A stretch of 34,688 bases of DNA from a virus (lineage: Duplodnaviria > Caudoviricetes), in IMG/VR virus record IMGVR_UViG_3300049137_000147, positions 1-34,688 of that record; one strand, 5' to 3'. This document shows positions 25,955-33,809 of this stretch, one piece after another. Within the stretch, counting starts at the first letter, position 1, and each line of letters starts with the position of its first letter. The notes under the pieces are model-generated. The model saw only the letters and a program-made list of their open reading frames with translations. It was not told the DNA's origin and ran no database searches. The position numbers and the translations under genes are program-made.

Positions 25955-27012
25955 ACGAGCACCTCCCCGCAGTACAGCCCGAGCGTGCCGCGCTCATCCA
26001 GAAGTGGGCCGCTCGGCACGGCATTGACACCGCCCACCGCCTCGCCCAAGCCGAAGACCTCGCCGACGCCGTCCGCCGCGAAATCGCCGCCGAAAACACC
26101 GAAGACACCTACACCAAGGCCTGGCGGGTGTGGGAACGCTTCACCACCACCCAAGACTTCCCCCTGCTCGAGGGCTCCCGCGGTGCGCTCGTCGCCTACG
26201 TCGCCTGGATGCTCCGCCAAGGCCAAACCAACGGCACCGGCTACGCACCCAGCTCCGCCTCCACCATCCTCGCCGGAACCGTCGTCGAACTCCGCCGCCG
26301 CGGCGTCACCGTCACCCGCGACGACCAAGCCGAAGCACGCACCGCTCTCGAGGGCCTGGCCGTCAAGCTGCTGAAGAACAAGGAACGCCGCGGCCGCGGC
26401 AAAGCCGCCGCGGCCCAGGTCCCCGACCTCTACCGCGTCGTCCGCGCCTGCCCCGACACCCTTGCCGGCCACCGGGACAAGGCGCTCATCCTCACCAGCT
26501 TCCACTACGCCGCCCGTGCCCAGGATCCCGCCGGCTTGCTCGCCCGAGACGTGACCCTCCACCCGCGCGGCCTGATCATCTCCATCCTCACCGGCAAGAC
26601 CAAGCACAGCGTCCGCGACGCCAAGATCCTCTACCAGAAGGACCCAGAGATCTGCCCCGTCGAAGCGTGGAAGGCATACCGGGAACGCCTGGTCGCCGAC
26701 GCCGACCCCAAGTGGTCGCAGCCGGACGCGCCCGCGTTCGTCGGCATCAACCGCTGGGACGCTGTTACCGGGGGCATGGTCCCCGACTCCGTCACCCGCG
26801 CCATCAAACGCATCTCGGTGCGAGCCGGCGTCAAGCTCGCCTGGACCGGTCACAGCCTCCGCATCGGCCACGCCTCCACCGCCCGAAAGCAGGGCAAGGA
26901 CGCTATCGTCATCGCCGACCAGGGCGGCTGGGCCCGACACTCCCGCTCCATGAACGGCTACTTCCAGATCGAGGACGGCTGGGACGACAACTCCACCGCC
27001 GACCTCACCTGA
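25951..27012 (+). CDS. Cre-like tyrosine recombinase
   Basis: SAM-like N-domain (NTEDTY.KAW..W); catalytic R (YAAR), K (GKT), HSLR, GGW and Y (MNGYF); Trp at the His/Trp position as in Cre; no arm-binding extension evident. Confidence 0.88.
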   Translation: MNEHLPAVQPERAALIQKWAARHGIDTAHRLAQAEDLADAVRREIAAENTEDTYTKAWRVWERFTTTQDFPLLEGSRGALVAYVAWMLRQGQTNGTGYAPSSASTILAGTVVELRRRGVTVTRDDQAEARTALEGLAVKLLKNKERRGRGKAAAAQVPDLYRVVRACPDTLAGHRDKALILTSFHYAARAQDPAGLLARDVTLHPRGLIISILTGKTKHSVRDAKILYQKDPEICPVEAWKAYRERLVADADPKWSQPDAPAFVGINRWDAVTGGMVPDSVTRAIKRISVRAGVKLAWTGHSLRIGHASTARKQGKDAIVIADQGGWARHSRSMNGYFQIEDGWDDNSTADLT

Positions 27013-27026
27013 CGGCCACTGAGAGG

Positions 27027-27380
27027 TCAGGTCTCGTCCGGTGTCTGCGCAAGGCGTAGTGCGATCTGGCGCAGCAGGTCAGCTGTGCCGATATCGGTGC
27101 GCCCGGCATCATGCACGCTGGCGAGCTCGGAGAAGAGGAAGGCGAACGCGCTCATGATGCGCACGGTGCAGGCCACAGATGCTTGGGCGACCAGGTCCCC
27201 AGCCTGCTTCGCGGTAGCGTCAGATGGGACGGTGACGGTCGGCAGCATCTCGTTGAACAGCGATCCGATGGAGTCGTCGAGCCGATAGTCCGCTTCGATG
27301 TCTTCGGTCATAGCGTCGTACAGGCCGCGCGACTCGGTGAGGATGCCTATGGCACGGAGGATGACCTCGTTCTGGTGCAT
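27027..27380 (-). CDS. Hypothetical protein (117 aa), probably leaderless
   Basis: MHQNEVILRAIG...; TACGCT 6 nt before ATG. Confidence 0.65.
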   Translation of the reverse strand: MHQNEVILRAIGILTESRGLYDAMTEDIEADYRLDDSIGSLFNEMLPTVTVPSDATAKQAGDLVAQASVACTVRIMSAFAFLFSELASVHDAGRTDIGTADLLRQIALRLAQTPDET

Positions 27381-27397
27381 GGGCGCAGCGTAGTTCG

Positions 27398-28255
27398 CTA
27401 CCCGCTTGCCGGCAGGTCCCAGAATCCGGTGTGGGCGAGGGTGTCGGCGGTGACCGGGGGTGTGCGTTCGGCGAGGAGCGGGTGGGTGGCGGCCATCTGC
27501 CGGATGATGAGGTTGGGGTAGCCGGACTCGATGGGGCGGCCGCCCTGGACGGTGATGAGGGCGTGGACGCCGTCGTCGGGGCGGATGCGGTGCGGCAGGT
27601 ACTCCTTGAGCGCGGCGACGGTGAGCGGTTCGAGGACGTGTTTCTTGCCGACGTTCTCGTATTCGTAGTCGGGGGCGCGGACTTCCCAGGTGCCGTCGCC
27701 GAGGTCGTAGAGGTGGCGCATGTCGACGCGGGCGACTTCCGCCGGCCGGAGGCCTTCGAGGAGGAGGTAGGCGATGAGGCGGTCGCGGCGGTAGTGGCGG
27801 GCGCGGTCGGGTCCCCACATGCCGATGCAGGTGAGGAAGACGGCGCGTTCCATGGGGGTGAGGCGGCGGGGTGGGGTGGCGTCGCGGTCGACGCCGGAGC
27901 GGAGCATGGTGAGGTCGGGGACCAGGCGGATGGCGCCGCGGTCTTTGGCGGCCTCGTAGTACTGCGTCAACGCGGTGATGCGCCGGTCGTGGGTGAGTGC
28001 GGCGGCGCGGTGGTGTTCGGCGACGTGGGCGAGGGCTGCGGGCCCGTCGAAGGGGCGGCCGTCGAGCTGGTCCACGAGGTAGGTGCCGGCCCAGGCGGCG
28101 ATGTGCTCGATGCCGCAGTCGAAGGGGTCCACGGGGGGCTTCTGGGTGGCGCACCAGGTGAGCCAGCGGGTGACCTCACGCTGGTATTCGATGCGGCTGG
28201 AGGAGCGCAGGGGCGCGGTGGTGAGCCAGTCGTCCAGGAGCGTGAGGGGGTCCAT
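27398..28255 (-). CDS. Degenerate Xer-like tyrosine-recombinase-fold protein
   Basis: SAM-like domain (SSRIEY.RE...W, RRITAL..YY) and RDRLIAYLLLEGLRPAEV; the HxLR position reads DTLAH and the protein ends without a Tyr nucleophile helix. Confidence 0.8.
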   Translation of the reverse strand: MDPLTLLDDWLTTAPLRSSSRIEYQREVTRWLTWCATQKPPVDPFDCGIEHIAAWAGTYLVDQLDGRPFDGPAALAHVAEHHRAAALTHDRRITALTQYYEAAKDRGAIRLVPDLTMLRSGVDRDATPPRRLTPMERAVFLTCIGMWGPDRARHYRRDRLIAYLLLEGLRPAEVARVDMRHLYDLGDGTWEVRAPDYEYENVGKKHVLEPLTVAALKEYLPHRIRPDDGVHALITVQGGRPIESGYPNLIIRQMAATHPLLAERTPPVTADTLAHTGFWDLPASG

Positions 28256-28282
28256 GAGCCCTCAGTATGCCCGCCCCACACT

Positions 28283-28432
28283 ACAGATCAAGATCCTTAG
28301 TAAAACCTCGGGCCCCACTCCACTAGCGCAGGGCGCGTGGGCGAGGGTCGGGGGCGGGTCCGGGCCCTGTACCACGACGGGCGGTTGGGGGTGGGGGTCT
28401 CCCGAGGTTTTACTGAAAGATCACGTTCCGGA
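28283..28432. repeat. Inverted repeat pair (about 30 bp, 14-bp perfect core) flanking an 88-bp G-rich spacer
   Basis: AGTAAAACCTCGGG (28299-312) / CCCGAGGTTTTACT (28401-414), extending imperfectly through GATC on both sides. Confidence 0.8.
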
Positions 28433-28686
28433 TGGGCGGGCCCTCACGGGTCTCTTCGCGGTGCTGAGAGCACGCTATGCCCGATCCGGCGGAGCATTCC
28501 CCCCGCTTCCCCTGCGGCGTGTCCCGGGCCGGTTTCCCCGTTCGGCTACCGGCGCCGGCACTGCGGCCGCTAGGGTCTTCGCCAGAGCCCTTTCTCAAGC
28601 TCGCGTGTCGAACGAGCGGGCGGACCACTCCTGACGGGAGTGGTTCTCCTGCGCCCAGTAGATACGCATACGAGAAAGGAATCCTC

Positions 28687-28797
28687 TTGAAGAAGAAGCG
28701 CAAGCCAATCATCACCTGGCCCCGTGTCAGGCGGGCCCTAGCCAAGGTGGCAGGTGTCGTACTCACCAAGGCCATCTGGGAATGGCTGGGCCTGTAG
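28687..28797 (+). CDS. 36-aa cationic amphipathic peptide (type I toxin-like)
   Basis: GAAAGGA RBS then TTG; MKKKRKPIITWPRVRRALAKVAGVVLTKAIWEWLGL*; hairpins on both sides. Confidence 0.6.
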   Translation: MKKKRKPIITWPRVRRALAKVAGVVLTKAIWEWLGL

Positions 28798-28872
28798 AGG
28801 CGAGGAAGGGCTTACGGGGAACCACCCCGGGAGTACGACCCGGGGCCCCGGCCACCCATCCTGACGCCCCCA

Positions 28873-29064
28873 CTACAGGCCGGGTATGGGGTCTTGGTCC
28901 ACGTCGTGCCGGTCGCATCCGTGGCGCGGCTCCGGATCGCACTCGGGCCCTAGCCGGCGCTGACGGCTGATCGGGTCGGTCAGTTCCTTCTTGCAGTCGC
29001 GGCACCACACCCGGGCAGACCCGCCGGGGTCGATGAGCAGCGCTTCCTGTCGTCTGCTGTCCAT
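28873..29064 (-). CDS. DUF6011-like Zn-finger protein
   Basis: CRDCKKELTDPISRQRRLGPEC matches CxxCxxxLTDxxSxxxxxGPxC. Confidence 0.75.
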   Translation of the reverse strand: MDSRRQEALLIDPGGSARVWCRDCKKELTDPISRQRRLGPECDPEPRHGCDRHDVDQDPIPGL

Positions 29065-29145
29065 GACTCCAGTGTCTTCCTGAAGAGGCCTAGCGGCGTG
29101 AGGAGATCGGATAGTACGCTGCGCGTGCGCGTTCAGTGTGAGTTG

Positions 29146-29177
29146 AGGCCACCAACCCCGGCGTGGGGTGGTGGCCT
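29146..29177 (-). terminator. Hairpin downstream of the WYL operon
   Basis: AGGCCACCA(a)CCCC / GGGGTGGTGGCCT stem. Confidence 0.55.
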
Positions 29178-29199
29178 TCGTCGTGTCCGGGGTCAGGCG

Positions 29200-29385
29200 T
29201 CAGGCGTCAGCGGCGCCGGCCGTTTGAGCCTCCTCGTAGCTCCTGTAGTCGTCGATGCTGGCGTCGGCCTTGTAGCCGGCGCTGCGGAGCGCGCTCTCGA
29301 TGATGTGGGTGACCTCGTCGGTCTCGCCGGATGCGCCGTTGAGGTTGGTGACGGTCACGGACAGGTGGGCGAAGTGGCTGTGCAC
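29200..29385 (-). CDS. Hypothetical protein (61 aa)
   Basis: GTG start about 20 nt after the WYL stop; MHSHFAHLSVTVTNL...; host-like codons. Confidence 0.6.
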   Translation of the reverse strand: MHSHFAHLSVTVTNLNGASGETDEVTHIIESALRSAGYKADASIDDYRSYEEAQTAGAADA

Positions 29386-29404
29386 AGGGATGGTTTCTTT
29401 CGGT

Positions 29405-29803
29405 CTAGGCGGCGAGGGTGGTGGTGGAGCGGGTGACGGCGGTGCGGGGGAGGTAGTCGCGGCCGAGTTCGCGGGCAATCAGCTGCTGCGCGCTGCGGAC
29501 CACCATGCCGCGCCCGGCGGGGGTCGTTGCCTCCGGCTGCTCCAGGACGAAGCCGATCCTGTGGAGCGTGTAGGAGACGATCCGGTCGGCAAAGAAGGAG
29601 CGGGCGTCGCCGCGGAGGCGGCAGCCGGCGCGGAGCTGGATGCGGCCGGTCTTGGTGGTGCGGATGTCCCAGGGCTCGACGGTGCGGATCGTCTCCTCGC
29701 CCTTCTCGTCGAGGTAGGTGATGGTCACCGCGTGCTGGCGGTCGATGGCGCGGTAGAGGTCGGTGAGGGTCTGGGTGGTGGTCTGCTTCGCGGTGTGCTT
29801 CAT
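29405..29803 (-). CDS. Stand-alone WYL-domain protein
   Basis: AI.....VTITY....GE.T.R.VEP.........L.A.C.LR.D.RSF..DRI is the WYL pattern; AGGGGGG RBS; no HTH. Confidence 0.85.
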   Translation of the reverse strand: MKHTAKQTTTQTLTDLYRAIDRQHAVTITYLDEKGEETIRTVEPWDIRTTKTGRIQLRAGCRLRGDARSFFADRIVSYTLHRIGFVLEQPEATTPAGRGMVVRSAQQLIARELGRDYLPRTAVTRSTTTLAA

Positions 29804-29836
29804 CGGTGTCCCCCCTGGTTGGTGCGGTGTGGTTCC

Positions 29837-29940
29837 ACCGTAGACCAAGAAGCATTGCATTGCAATGCACATGGCTGTACTGTTGAGGTTGTTGGGGCGC
29901 CGCTCCGACCGCCACCCCTCGGGCATGGCGTTGCAATGCA
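29837..29940. promoter_or_regulatory. Overlapping divergent promoters with two palindromic operators
   Basis: Rightward TTGCAT(29855)-17-TACTGT(29878); leftward TTGCAA(29865)-17-TACGGT(29842); palindrome TGCATTGCAATGCA at 29856-69 and a 12/14 copy at 29927-40. Confidence 0.75.
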
Positions 29941-29955
29941 GATTGGAGGAAACTG

Positions 29956-30522
29956 GTGGCCAACGCCCCCACGCGTCCGCCTGGCCACGCTCGGTTCGGG
30001 CGGCGCCCGCCGAAAGGACACCGCCGCGTGCCTCGCCCCATGCGCGACCGCCTGCTGACCGCCGCCGACCGTCTGGAGGAGGCCGGCTACCCGGACTCCG
30101 CCGCGGATGTTCGGGCCGTTGCCGCTCCGGGCGGCTGGACGATGCTGCGGTCCACGGAGAGCTCCGGCGGGACGAACCTGCCGCTGACGATCGACCGGGA
30201 TGTGCGTGACCAGTTGAAGGCGAAGGCCGACGAAATGGGCGTGACGCTGGGGTCGGTGGTCGCGGACGGTTTCCGCAAGGTAATCGCTGGCCAGTGGCTC
30301 CCGCCGAAGTTGGCGCCCGGCCCGACGGCGAACAAGGTCGTGCTGAACGTGCGGGTCGATGACTCGCTGCGCAAGCAGATCGACGCCCGCAAGGACGAGC
30401 TGAAGAAGCAGCTCGGCTATCGAGTGACTCAGTCGTCGATCGCGATCGCGTTCATGGCCGAGGACCTGGGCGTCGAAGTTGCCACGACGGATGACGCTTG
30501 GCTGACGGAGCCCGGCGAGTAG
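29956..30522 (+). CDS. Tandem ribbon-helix-helix DNA-binding protein
   Basis: GGAGG RBS; TNLPLTIDRDVRDQLKAKADEMGVTLGSVV and VVLNVRVDDSLRKQI...TQSSIA are two RHH-like units. Confidence 0.7.
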   Translation: MANAPTRPPGHARFGRRPPKGHRRVPRPMRDRLLTAADRLEEAGYPDSAADVRAVAAPGGWTMLRSTESSGGTNLPLTIDRDVRDQLKAKADEMGVTLGSVVADGFRKVIAGQWLPPKLAPGPTANKVVLNVRVDDSLRKQIDARKDELKKQLGYRVTQSSIAIAFMAEDLGVEVATTDDAWLTEPGE

Positions 30523-30616
30523 CGGCTTTCTGGGGCGGGCCGGTGTGGATGCCGATGCCCGGGCCGGCCTGTCGCCCCACCTTTCACTGAGCACAACCTC
30601 ATAGGAGAGACCTCAC

Positions 30617-31501
30617 ATGGCGAATGCCATTGAGGCCCCCGCCGGCACGATGGCGGAGGGCCCGACCTCGCACACCCTTTTCCAGGCCGCTCGACCGGCC
30701 AACACGTTCGGCTACACCCGGCAGGAGCAGATCGAGGCGCTGCACAAGCTGCGGGAGCCGTTCGCTCCGACAGAGGTGCGCCACCTTCCCCGTGTCTGGT
30801 GCGGGGCCTGCAAGAATGCGCCGCGGGGGCAGAGCTGCCAGAGGCACCCGATCACAAGGTGCGCCAAGTGCAAGCAGAAGATGCCGAGCGACGGTCACAT
30901 CGACCTGGCATACGTCGGGCACGCGGAGGCGACAAACCGGCTGCTGAACGTAGACCCCTTCTGGGACTGGGAGCCGCTGACGGTCGACGAGCGGGGCCTT
31001 CCCACGTTGGACGGCTACAGGGGCCTGTGGATCCGGCTGACGGTGTGCGGGATGACCCGTCTCGGGTACGGGCACGCCGGTGACAAGACGGGCGGCGACG
31101 CCATCAAGGAGATCATCGGCGACGCGATCCGTAACGCTGGTATGCGGTTCGGGATGGCGCTGGATCTGTGGACGTCTTCGGATCTGGAGATCATCGAGTC
31201 CGGCAACAATCCGCAGGACCAGGGCGGGGCCGAGAGCGGTCTTCCGGCCGGTGACGGAAAGACCGAGGAGTCGCGGGAACAGGCGTTCGCGCGGCTGACG
31301 GAGCAGTACCGCAACTGCTGGGGCAACGCCCTGGCTCTGGGACAGATCCGTCTCGAGGGCAAGAACCTCGGGTTCTCGAAGGAGCGGGTGCAGGGGCCGC
31401 CGCCGGAGTCGAAGTGGATGACGTTCGACGAGCTGCTGGAGGCCCGGGTCTACGAGCTGAACGCTCCGCAGGGCGGCGACGCGGAGAGGAGCGTTGCCTG
31501 A
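30617..31501 (+). CDS. Rad52/Rad22-like (Sak) single-strand annealing protein
   Basis: LREPF, LAYVGHA...RL..VDP.W.W, G.TRLGYG and KE.IGDAIRNA.MRFG.ALDLW; CGAC...C..H...CAKC insert. Confidence 0.8.
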   Translation: MANAIEAPAGTMAEGPTSHTLFQAARPANTFGYTRQEQIEALHKLREPFAPTEVRHLPRVWCGACKNAPRGQSCQRHPITRCAKCKQKMPSDGHIDLAYVGHAEATNRLLNVDPFWDWEPLTVDERGLPTLDGYRGLWIRLTVCGMTRLGYGHAGDKTGGDAIKEIIGDAIRNAGMRFGMALDLWTSSDLEIIESGNNPQDQGGAESGLPAGDGKTEESREQAFARLTEQYRNCWGNALALGQIRLEGKNLGFSKERVQGPPPESKWMTFDELLEARVYELNAPQGGDAERSVA

Positions 31502-33054
31502 TGTACCGCCACGACGACAATGCGCTCACCGTGATGGACTGGTTCTGCGGCGCCGGAGGCTCCAGCCAGGGCATGCACGCCGTGCCCGGGGTGCGGGTGG
31601 AGCGGGCCGCGAACCACTGGGAGCGGGCCATCCAGTCCCACGAGGCGAACTTCCCCGACGCGTCCCACTACCGCGGCGACATCCGCAAGGCCCCGGTGTG
31701 GGCGTGGCCGGTGACGGACCTGTTCTGGGCGTCGCCGGAGTGCACGAACTGGTCGATCGCCAAGGGCAAGCAGCGCAGCTTCGAGAAGGCCATCCAGGGT
31801 GACCTGCTGGACCTGTACGCGGAGATGGAGGCCGCGAAGTTCAAGATGGTCGATGAGGAGGATGAGGATCCGAAGGCGTCGGAGGAGGAAGAGTCCCGGG
31901 CGCTGATGGAGGAGGTGCCGCTGTATCTGCGCGGGGTGATCGAGCGGGGCGGCCTGGTGAAGGCCGGCGTGGTCGAGAACGTCGTGGATGTGCGGGCGTG
32001 GGCGGAGTGGGATCGGTGGCTGGGCGAGCTGCACAAGATGGGCTACCTGACGCGTGTCATCGCCCTGAACAGCATGCACGCTGATCCGCGGAGCGTGCAC
32101 AAGGCTCCGCAGTCCCGTGACCGGCTGTACGTGGCGTACTGGCACCGGTCGCTGGGGCGGACGCCGGACTGGGACAAGTGGCTGCGGCCGCGGGCCTGGT
32201 GCCCGGGGTGTGAGTCGTGGGTGCAGGCGGTGCAGTGGTTCAAGACGCCGGGCCGGGACATGGGCCGCTATCGGGCGCAGTACGTGTACCGGTGTCCGAG
32301 GGTGTCGTGCCGGAACCGGGTGATCGAGCCGGAGACGCTGCCTGCTGCGGTGGCGATCGACTGGTCGATACCGGGGCAGCGGATCGGGGATCGTGCCCGG
32401 CCGTTGGCGGAGAAGACGCTGCGCCGGATCGAGGCGGGGCTGGAGCGGTTCTCGCAGCCGGTTGCGGCTCCGGCGGGTGGGGTGGCGGTGCCGCCGCTGC
32501 TGATTCCGGTGGAGGGCCGTGACGGGAAGGAGCCGCGGTCGGCCAACGATCCGCTGCGGACGCAGACGGCGCGGAACGAGACCGGTCTGGCGTGGCTGCC
32601 GTTCATCGCGGAGCTGCGCGGGGGCGGATCGGTGGCTCGTCCGGTGACGGAGTCCCTGGCGACGGTCACAGCTTCGGGTAACCACCATGGACTGTGTCTG
32701 CCGGCCGGGGTGGACCAGCACATGCTGATCCCGTACTACGGCACGGGCGTGGCCAGGTCGGTGCGGGAGCCGGTCGGCGCGTTGACGACGCGGGACCGCT
32801 ACGCCCTGGTGCGCGGCGAGGTCGACATCGACGACGTGATGTTCCGGATGCTCGAGCCCCGTGAGATCGGCCGGGCGATGTCGTTCGCCGACGAATACAT
32901 CGTGCTGGGCAGCAAGCGGGAGAAGGTCCGCCAGTACGGCAACGCGGTGACGCCGAACGCCGCGGAGGTCCTGGTGTGCGCGCTGGTTGAGGCGATCACC
33001 GGACAGGAGATGGACCGCTACTCGGACGACAGCCCGTACGCCGTCGTCGCCTGA
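31501..33054 (+). CDS. C5 cytosine DNA methyltransferase (orphan)
   Basis: Motif I DWFCGAGG, IV ASPEC, VI ENV, VIII QSRDRLY, IX RML.PRE and X QYGNAV. Confidence 0.9.
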   Translation: MYRHDDNALTVMDWFCGAGGSSQGMHAVPGVRVERAANHWERAIQSHEANFPDASHYRGDIRKAPVWAWPVTDLFWASPECTNWSIAKGKQRSFEKAIQGDLLDLYAEMEAAKFKMVDEEDEDPKASEEEESRALMEEVPLYLRGVIERGGLVKAGVVENVVDVRAWAEWDRWLGELHKMGYLTRVIALNSMHADPRSVHKAPQSRDRLYVAYWHRSLGRTPDWDKWLRPRAWCPGCESWVQAVQWFKTPGRDMGRYRAQYVYRCPRVSCRNRVIEPETLPAAVAIDWSIPGQRIGDRARPLAEKTLRRIEAGLERFSQPVAAPAGGVAVPPLLIPVEGRDGKEPRSANDPLRTQTARNETGLAWLPFIAELRGGGSVARPVTESLATVTASGNHHGLCLPAGVDQHMLIPYYGTGVARSVREPVGALTTRDRYALVRGEVDIDDVMFRMLEPREIGRAMSFADEYIVLGSKREKVRQYGNAVTPNAAEVLVCALVEAITGQEMDRYSDDSPYAVVA

Positions 33055-33174
33055 ACCACCCGGGCCCGCCGTTGTGCGGGCCCTCGAGGGCTCTGCCCTC
33101 CCAAGTCCCCGCTTCTGGGGCGCCTCGTTTCACCTCACCCTTCTACGGCCGTCGTGCCGGATCGAGGTCTTGTC

Positions 33175-33477
33175 GTGTCTGAACTCGTGTCGTGGCTGGT
33201 TGCGCATCCGGAGCGGTGGGTGGTGCCGGCTGTTCTGGTGGCCGCTGTGGCTGGTACTGGGCTGGCGTTGTGGTGGGAGCGGGTGTGTCCGTCGTCGTGG
33301 ACGCAGGGTCCGGAGCATCGTGCGGCGATGGAGGCGTGGCGGGCCCGTCCGGTGTCGGAGCAGGCCGCGGTCGACGAGGCGGTCCTGAACGCCGAGGAGG
33401 CGGCTGCTGTGGCTGCGCGTGAGGCGGCTGAGCGTGCGGTGGGGGACGCCGCACGGACCGGGTCCCTGTACCGCTGA
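33175..33477 (+). CDS. Hypothetical membrane protein
   Basis: GAGG RBS and GTG; hydrophobic WVVPAVLVAAVAGTGLALWW. Confidence 0.6.
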   Translation: MSELVSWLVAHPERWVVPAVLVAAVAGTGLALWWERVCPSSWTQGPEHRAAMEAWRARPVSEQAAVDEAVLNAEEAAAVAAREAAERAVGDAARTGSLYR

Positions 33478-33503
33478 TCTGTTGTTTCTTCCCTGTTCTG
33501 GAG

Positions 33504-33809
33504 GTGAGCGTCTTGATATCTGCTCGATCCTTGACGGCCGTCGCGGCGTTCACCGTGGCGGCCGTTGTTGTGTGGGCTGCGGTGCGGCGTCGTGAGCGTC
33601 GGTTGCGGCGTGAGGCGGTGTCGGAGCGGCTGATGGCTGGCCGGATGTGTCACGACAATGCGGCGCTGGTGGAGGAGCTGGCGCGGTTTCAGCGGCGGGT
33701 GGATCCGTTGCTGGTGCGGGAGGCGGTGACGGCTGCTGCGGGTGTAGTGGTCGATGAGGTGGCTGACGATGCGGGGTTCGAGGTTCCGCTGGAAGGAGGT
33801 CCACGGTGA
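33504..33809 (+). CDS. Hypothetical membrane protein
   Basis: N-terminal hydrophobic helix; GTGA overlap with the next gene; start uncertain. Confidence 0.6.
   Translation: MSVLISARSLTAVAAFTVAAVVVWAAVRRRERRLRREAVSERLMAGRMCHDNAALVEELARFQRRVDPLLVREAVTAAAGVVVDEVADDAGFEVPLEGGPR

Noticed and set aside
33060-33125. Cluster of three small hairpins after the methyltransferase as a fourth twin-hairpin copy
   Set aside because: Lacks the GG-AC-G junction; more likely a terminator or processing structure.
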